Both the position numbers and the translations under genes were made by a program. Shown one piece after another: positions 60,743 through 64,000 of a DNA stretch of 64,000 nucleotides; the first letter of the stretch is position 1, and the number at the start of each line of letters is the position of its first letter. This DNA is from Gimesia sp. (GTDB lineage Bacteria > Planctomycetota > Planctomycetia > Planctomycetales > Planctomycetaceae). The stretch lies in NCBI RefSeq assembly GCF_002706765.1, contig NZ_PAJV01000050.1; one strand, given 5' to 3'. The notes under the pieces were generated by a model. It saw nothing but the letters and a program-made list of their open reading frames with translations, made no database searches and was not told where the DNA came from.

Positions 60743-61780
60743 ATGATGTCGAAATCCTCAAAAACTCAGCAAGCTGCGAACGAACGTCCTTTTCGGATCT
60801 TCACCGAATACCAGTATGCGTTTACGGCTGTTTCGCAATTATTCCAGACGACAGGCATGCCCGATCCCCCACTGGTCTATATTTACGGGCCTTCGGGTTG
60901 TGGAAAATCGGCCCTGATCAAGTCGCTGATTCCAGACTATCTCAATCTCCATCCGGACGCGGAATGGAACAGCATGACGGCCAGCGAATTCGCGGCAAAA
61001 TACGCAGTTGCCTCAAAAAACAAGCGAATTGCCGCGTTTCAGGAGAAACTCCGTGATCTGCAGCTGCTGATACTGGAAGATATCCACAGCCTGGAAAACC
61101 GGATGCATACACAGGGAGAACTGCTCTCGACGCTGGATACGATTCTCAAACAGGGAGGGGCCGCCATTTTCACTTCCCTCAAACCACCGGGCGAACTGGT
61201 TCATTTTCATAAGAAGCTAATCAATCGATTTCATGGTGGCGTCTGTGCGGGAATTTCTCCCCTGAAATATCAGAGCAGGCTGGAACTGTTAAAATTCTGG
61301 GCCGATTTCGAACAGATTCCCATCAAAGAAAAAGAACTCTCCCTGATCGCACATCAGAAAGACAGCTCACCACGAGAGCTGTCTGCGATCCTCAATCAGC
61401 TTTATACCGTCAGTCGAATTCAGCAGAAGCGAATTGATGCCCGCTTTGTACAGGAATTTCTGAATGGGAATCTCGATCCACCGCGAACCAGTACCGCCAA
61501 AATAACCCGTGTCGTCTGCAGGGAATTTAAAACCAGCCTGGCTCAAATCCGCTCTGCCAACCGGTCTCAGCAGATTGTTCTGCCTCGACAATGTGCCATG
61601 TTTCTCTCCCGGGAATTGACCGGTGAATCTTTAGCAAATATCGCAAATTATTTTAATCGCAAGAACCACAGCACGGTTATTCATGCCTGTCGTCAAATTC
61701 AGAACGATCTCGAAAAATCGCCCGGATTACGCCAGCAGATTTCTCGCATCAAGCAACAACTTGGGGTATACCCTTTATAG
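60743..61780 (+). CDS. dnaA: DnaA-family initiator protein lacking domains I-II
   Basis: Walker A 'YIYGPSGCGKS', Walker B 'LLILEDI', 'NRF..G', 'PRELS'; domain IV 'PRQCAMFLSRELT..SL..IA..F..KNHSTVIHAC'. Confidence 0.85.
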   Translation: MMSKSSKTQQAANERPFRIFTEYQYAFTAVSQLFQTTGMPDPPLVYIYGPSGCGKSALIKSLIPDYLNLHPDAEWNSMTASEFAAKYAVASKNKRIAAFQEKLRDLQLLILEDIHSLENRMHTQGELLSTLDTILKQGGAAIFTSLKPPGELVHFHKKLINRFHGGVCAGISPLKYQSRLELLKFWADFEQIPIKEKELSLIAHQKDSSPRELSAILNQLYTVSRIQQKRIDARFVQEFLNGNLDPPRTSTAKITRVVCREFKTSLAQIRSANRSQQIVLPRQCAMFLSRELTGESLANIANYFNRKNHSTVIHACRQIQNDLEKSPGLRQQISRIKQQLGVYPL

Positions 61781-62304
61781 CGGACAGGAAATTCAACCAG
61801 AGAAATCGGATCAGCGAACCTGTTCCAGCGGTTTCTGACGCGCTGGTTTGTTGATAATCTGTTGAAACTCTGATGTCGCACGTCGACTTCTTTTTCGTTT
61901 CTGAACAGCGCTGATCCTGACTTTTCAAAGTCCTCCACTTTCTGATCAGCCAGTCTGCTTCTCACCAAGATCCTCTCAACAGGTTCTCGACAGAAATTTT
62001 CTGTTGCAACCTCACCTTAAACTAATACTCTTTATGCATTTACAGCTACAGATCTCTGTTTTTGCACAATTTTTCTGCCCCTCTGATAATACTACTGCTA
62101 AATAAAAATCTTTTAGATTAAAACTCCCCTGAAAATCAACGTTGTTGTGTAGATTCGGGACCTCTGATTGATTGTGAAAGTCATCGAAATCACATAAAAT
62201 ATCAGCAGCATTCAATAGCAGATTTCAGACAGCCAGAATGAGTTCCCATCGATGTCCGCGGCTGCCGTCAAATTCCACGCATTTTTACAAAAGTTGATTC
62301 AAAC
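61781..62304. other. Probable replication origin (oriC) in the dnaA-dnaN gap
   Basis: DnaA-box-like 9-mers (TGTTGATAA 61849, TGTTGAAAC 61860, CTCTCAACA 61973, TTCTCGACA 61984, TTTTGCACA 62060), a GC patch, a six-trio array (62083-62100) and an AT-rich tract. Confidence 0.65.
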
Positions 62305-63435
62305 ATGAAGCTCAGTTGTTCTCGATCTACCCTGTTATCCGGCTTTCAGATTATTGGAAGCGTCATCAGTTCCCGCACACCGAAAGAAGTTCTGAAGTGT
62401 GCCAAACTGGAAGCAGCAGACGGAAAAGCAACTCTGAGCGGGACTGACCTGGAAGTCAGCATCCGTTTTGATTTCGAAGAAGTCGAGGTCATGGTGCCCG
62501 GGCAGGTTCTGCTCTCCGTGCATGAACTGGTTTCGATCCTGCGGGAAGCCCACACCGATTCCGTGGAAATCGAACTCAAGAAAGACGAGGAATCTGAACA
62601 GGACTACATTCTGATTCAGGCCGGTAAGAGTGAGTTTCGTCTGTCCGTGCACGATCCTGCCGAATTTCCCGCCGTGGAAACCTTCAACGAATCGAACTTC
62701 TTCGAAATTCCGATGCAGTCATTTCGTGAAATGATCCGCCGCACCGTGTTTGCCACCGATCCGGAAAGCACTCGCTATGCATTAGGCGGGGTTCTGTTTG
62801 ATGTGGAAGGCGATAAATTGACCCTGGCCGCCACCGATGGTCGCCGACTGGCCATGGTCGAGTCAGCGTGCAGTTACCAGGGTTCCGAAGCCTATGAAAA
62901 TAACCGGCCTGTGATTCCCGCCAAGGCGATGTCACTGATCGAAAAGAGTCTCACAGGCGATGAAGGAAACATCCAGATCGCCATCCGGGCCAATGATGTG
63001 ATTGTGAAAAGTGGCCGTTCCACCATTTTCGGCAGACTCGTCGAAGGCCGCTTCCCGAAATACCGCGATGTCATTCCTCCCGAACCGACTCATAACATCG
63101 ACCTGGAAGTCGGCACATTCTTCGGAGCAGTCCGCCAGGCACAGATTGTGACCGACGTGGAAACACGGGGCGTGGATTTCATTTTCTCCAGCGGCCTGTT
63201 GACTTTGAAAAGTGTGGCTGCCTCCGTCGGGGAATCCAAAGTGGAAATCCCGATTCCCTTTGAGGGGGAAGACATTGTGATCACCTTTGACGTGCGTTAC
63301 CTGGCCGACTTCCTCAAGACACTCGACTCAGCCGCCCATATCAGGCTGCAGCTGATTGATTCCGACAGCGCCGCAGTTCTGAAAACAGACGACGGTTACA
63401 CCTACGTCATCATGCCTCTCTCGCAAGCACGGTAA
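62305..63435 (+). CDS. dnaN: DNA polymerase III beta clamp
   Basis: 'LSGTDLE', 'EFPA', 'STRYALGGV', 'ATDGRRLA', 'RLVEGRFPKYRDVIP', 'YVIMP'. Confidence 0.98.
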   Translation: MKLSCSRSTLLSGFQIIGSVISSRTPKEVLKCAKLEAADGKATLSGTDLEVSIRFDFEEVEVMVPGQVLLSVHELVSILREAHTDSVEIELKKDEESEQDYILIQAGKSEFRLSVHDPAEFPAVETFNESNFFEIPMQSFREMIRRTVFATDPESTRYALGGVLFDVEGDKLTLAATDGRRLAMVESACSYQGSEAYENNRPVIPAKAMSLIEKSLTGDEGNIQIAIRANDVIVKSGRSTIFGRLVEGRFPKYRDVIPPEPTHNIDLEVGTFFGAVRQAQIVTDVETRGVDFIFSSGLLTLKSVAASVGESKVEIPIPFEGEDIVITFDVRYLADFLKTLDSAAHIRLQLIDSDSAAVLKTDDGYTYVIMPLSQAR

Positions 63436-63438
63436 TAC

Positions 63439-63783
63439 ATGTCCCGAAAGTACGAATTCAAACAGAGTCGTGCCGTGCCTGCTCCGGTGCCTGTTTCACA
63501 GGTACTTTCTGAGCTGATCGCATTAAAAGGCCTGTCACGTGTCCAGGGAGATCAACGACTGACAAACGCCTGGAAACAGGCAGCTGGTGAAAAAATCGCA
63601 GGTCAGACAACGGTGATGGGAATTAAAAACAGGGTTGTTCAGGTCGGTGTGGAAAATTCGGCCCTGTTGAATGAACTGAATTCATTTCATAAGAAATCAT
63701 TACTGACGAAATTACAGCAGGAGTACGGAAAACAGGATGTCCGCGATATGAAATTTCGCTTGAAATCCAAGACAAACAAGTAG
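63439..63783 (+). CDS. dciA: DciA (DUF721) helicase operator
   Basis: 'WKQAAGEKIAGQTT', 'VGVENSALLNEL', 'MKFR'; canonical position between dnaN and gyrB. Confidence 0.85.
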   Translation: MSRKYEFKQSRAVPAPVPVSQVLSELIALKGLSRVQGDQRLTNAWKQAAGEKIAGQTTVMGIKNRVVQVGVENSALLNELNSFHKKSLLTKLQQEYGKQDVRDMKFRLKSKTNK

Positions 63784-63893
63784 CTCAAACAGATTAAAAA
63801 ATGGAATGTGAAATTACTGTTTGAGACTGGTCTAAGATCAGACAACGTTTCGCAGCAGCGAAACAGAAAAACAATTCACGGGAGTGATAAAGC

Positions 63894-64000
63894 GTGAGTG
63901 ATCAAGAAGAGAGTCAGACAGATATGAAAAAAACGGGATACGATGAATCCAACATTCGTGCCCTGGAAGGCGTCGAAGGGATTCGCACCCGACCTGCCAT
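63894..64000 (+). CDS. gyrB: DNA gyrase subunit B, N-terminus (truncated by window end)
   Basis: A GTG start translates to MSDQEESQTDMKKTGYDESNIRALEGVEGIRTRPA(M), matching the GyrB 'Y....I..LEGLE.VR.RP.M' motif. Confidence 0.85.
   Translation, partial: MSDQEESQTDMKKTGYDESNIRALEGVEGIRTRPA

Overview
Core-genome window of a planctomycete. A Gimesia-like Planctomycetaceae is inferred from gene content and protein style. The window very probably ends at the replication origin (short dnaA, oriC-like gap, dnaN, dciA, start of gyrB). Left part: TolC-family lipoprotein, WYL regulator, a hisI/metallohydrolase/queD operon converging on an out-of-context rpsN-rpsR pair (possible zinc-limitation module), a Crp regulator with a ZAS membrane protein, scpB, and a run of small accessory genes. 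These are followed by a ~1.6 kb mosaic of two interleaved REP-like hairpin families showing clear stem covariation. Middle: housekeeping genes (aroE, metF/ahcY, desaturase, sulfatase, ThiF, FKBP, dapL, ygfZ), a signal-peptide-bearing Pcm fusion, and a membrane protein with a DNA-ligase-like OB domain. Right: a ~19 kb type IV pilus/T2SS-like operon (4 prepilin-like proteins, PilMNO(P)Q, TPR protein, PilB, PilT, PilC). A kinase, response regulator, diguanylate cyclase and STAS module is inserted directly before its MshEN-bearing ATPase, and a structured, terminator-ended leader precedes the operon. No CRISPR array, rRNA, tRNA or transposase was recognised. All calls come from visual motif recognition; no database search or folding program was run.
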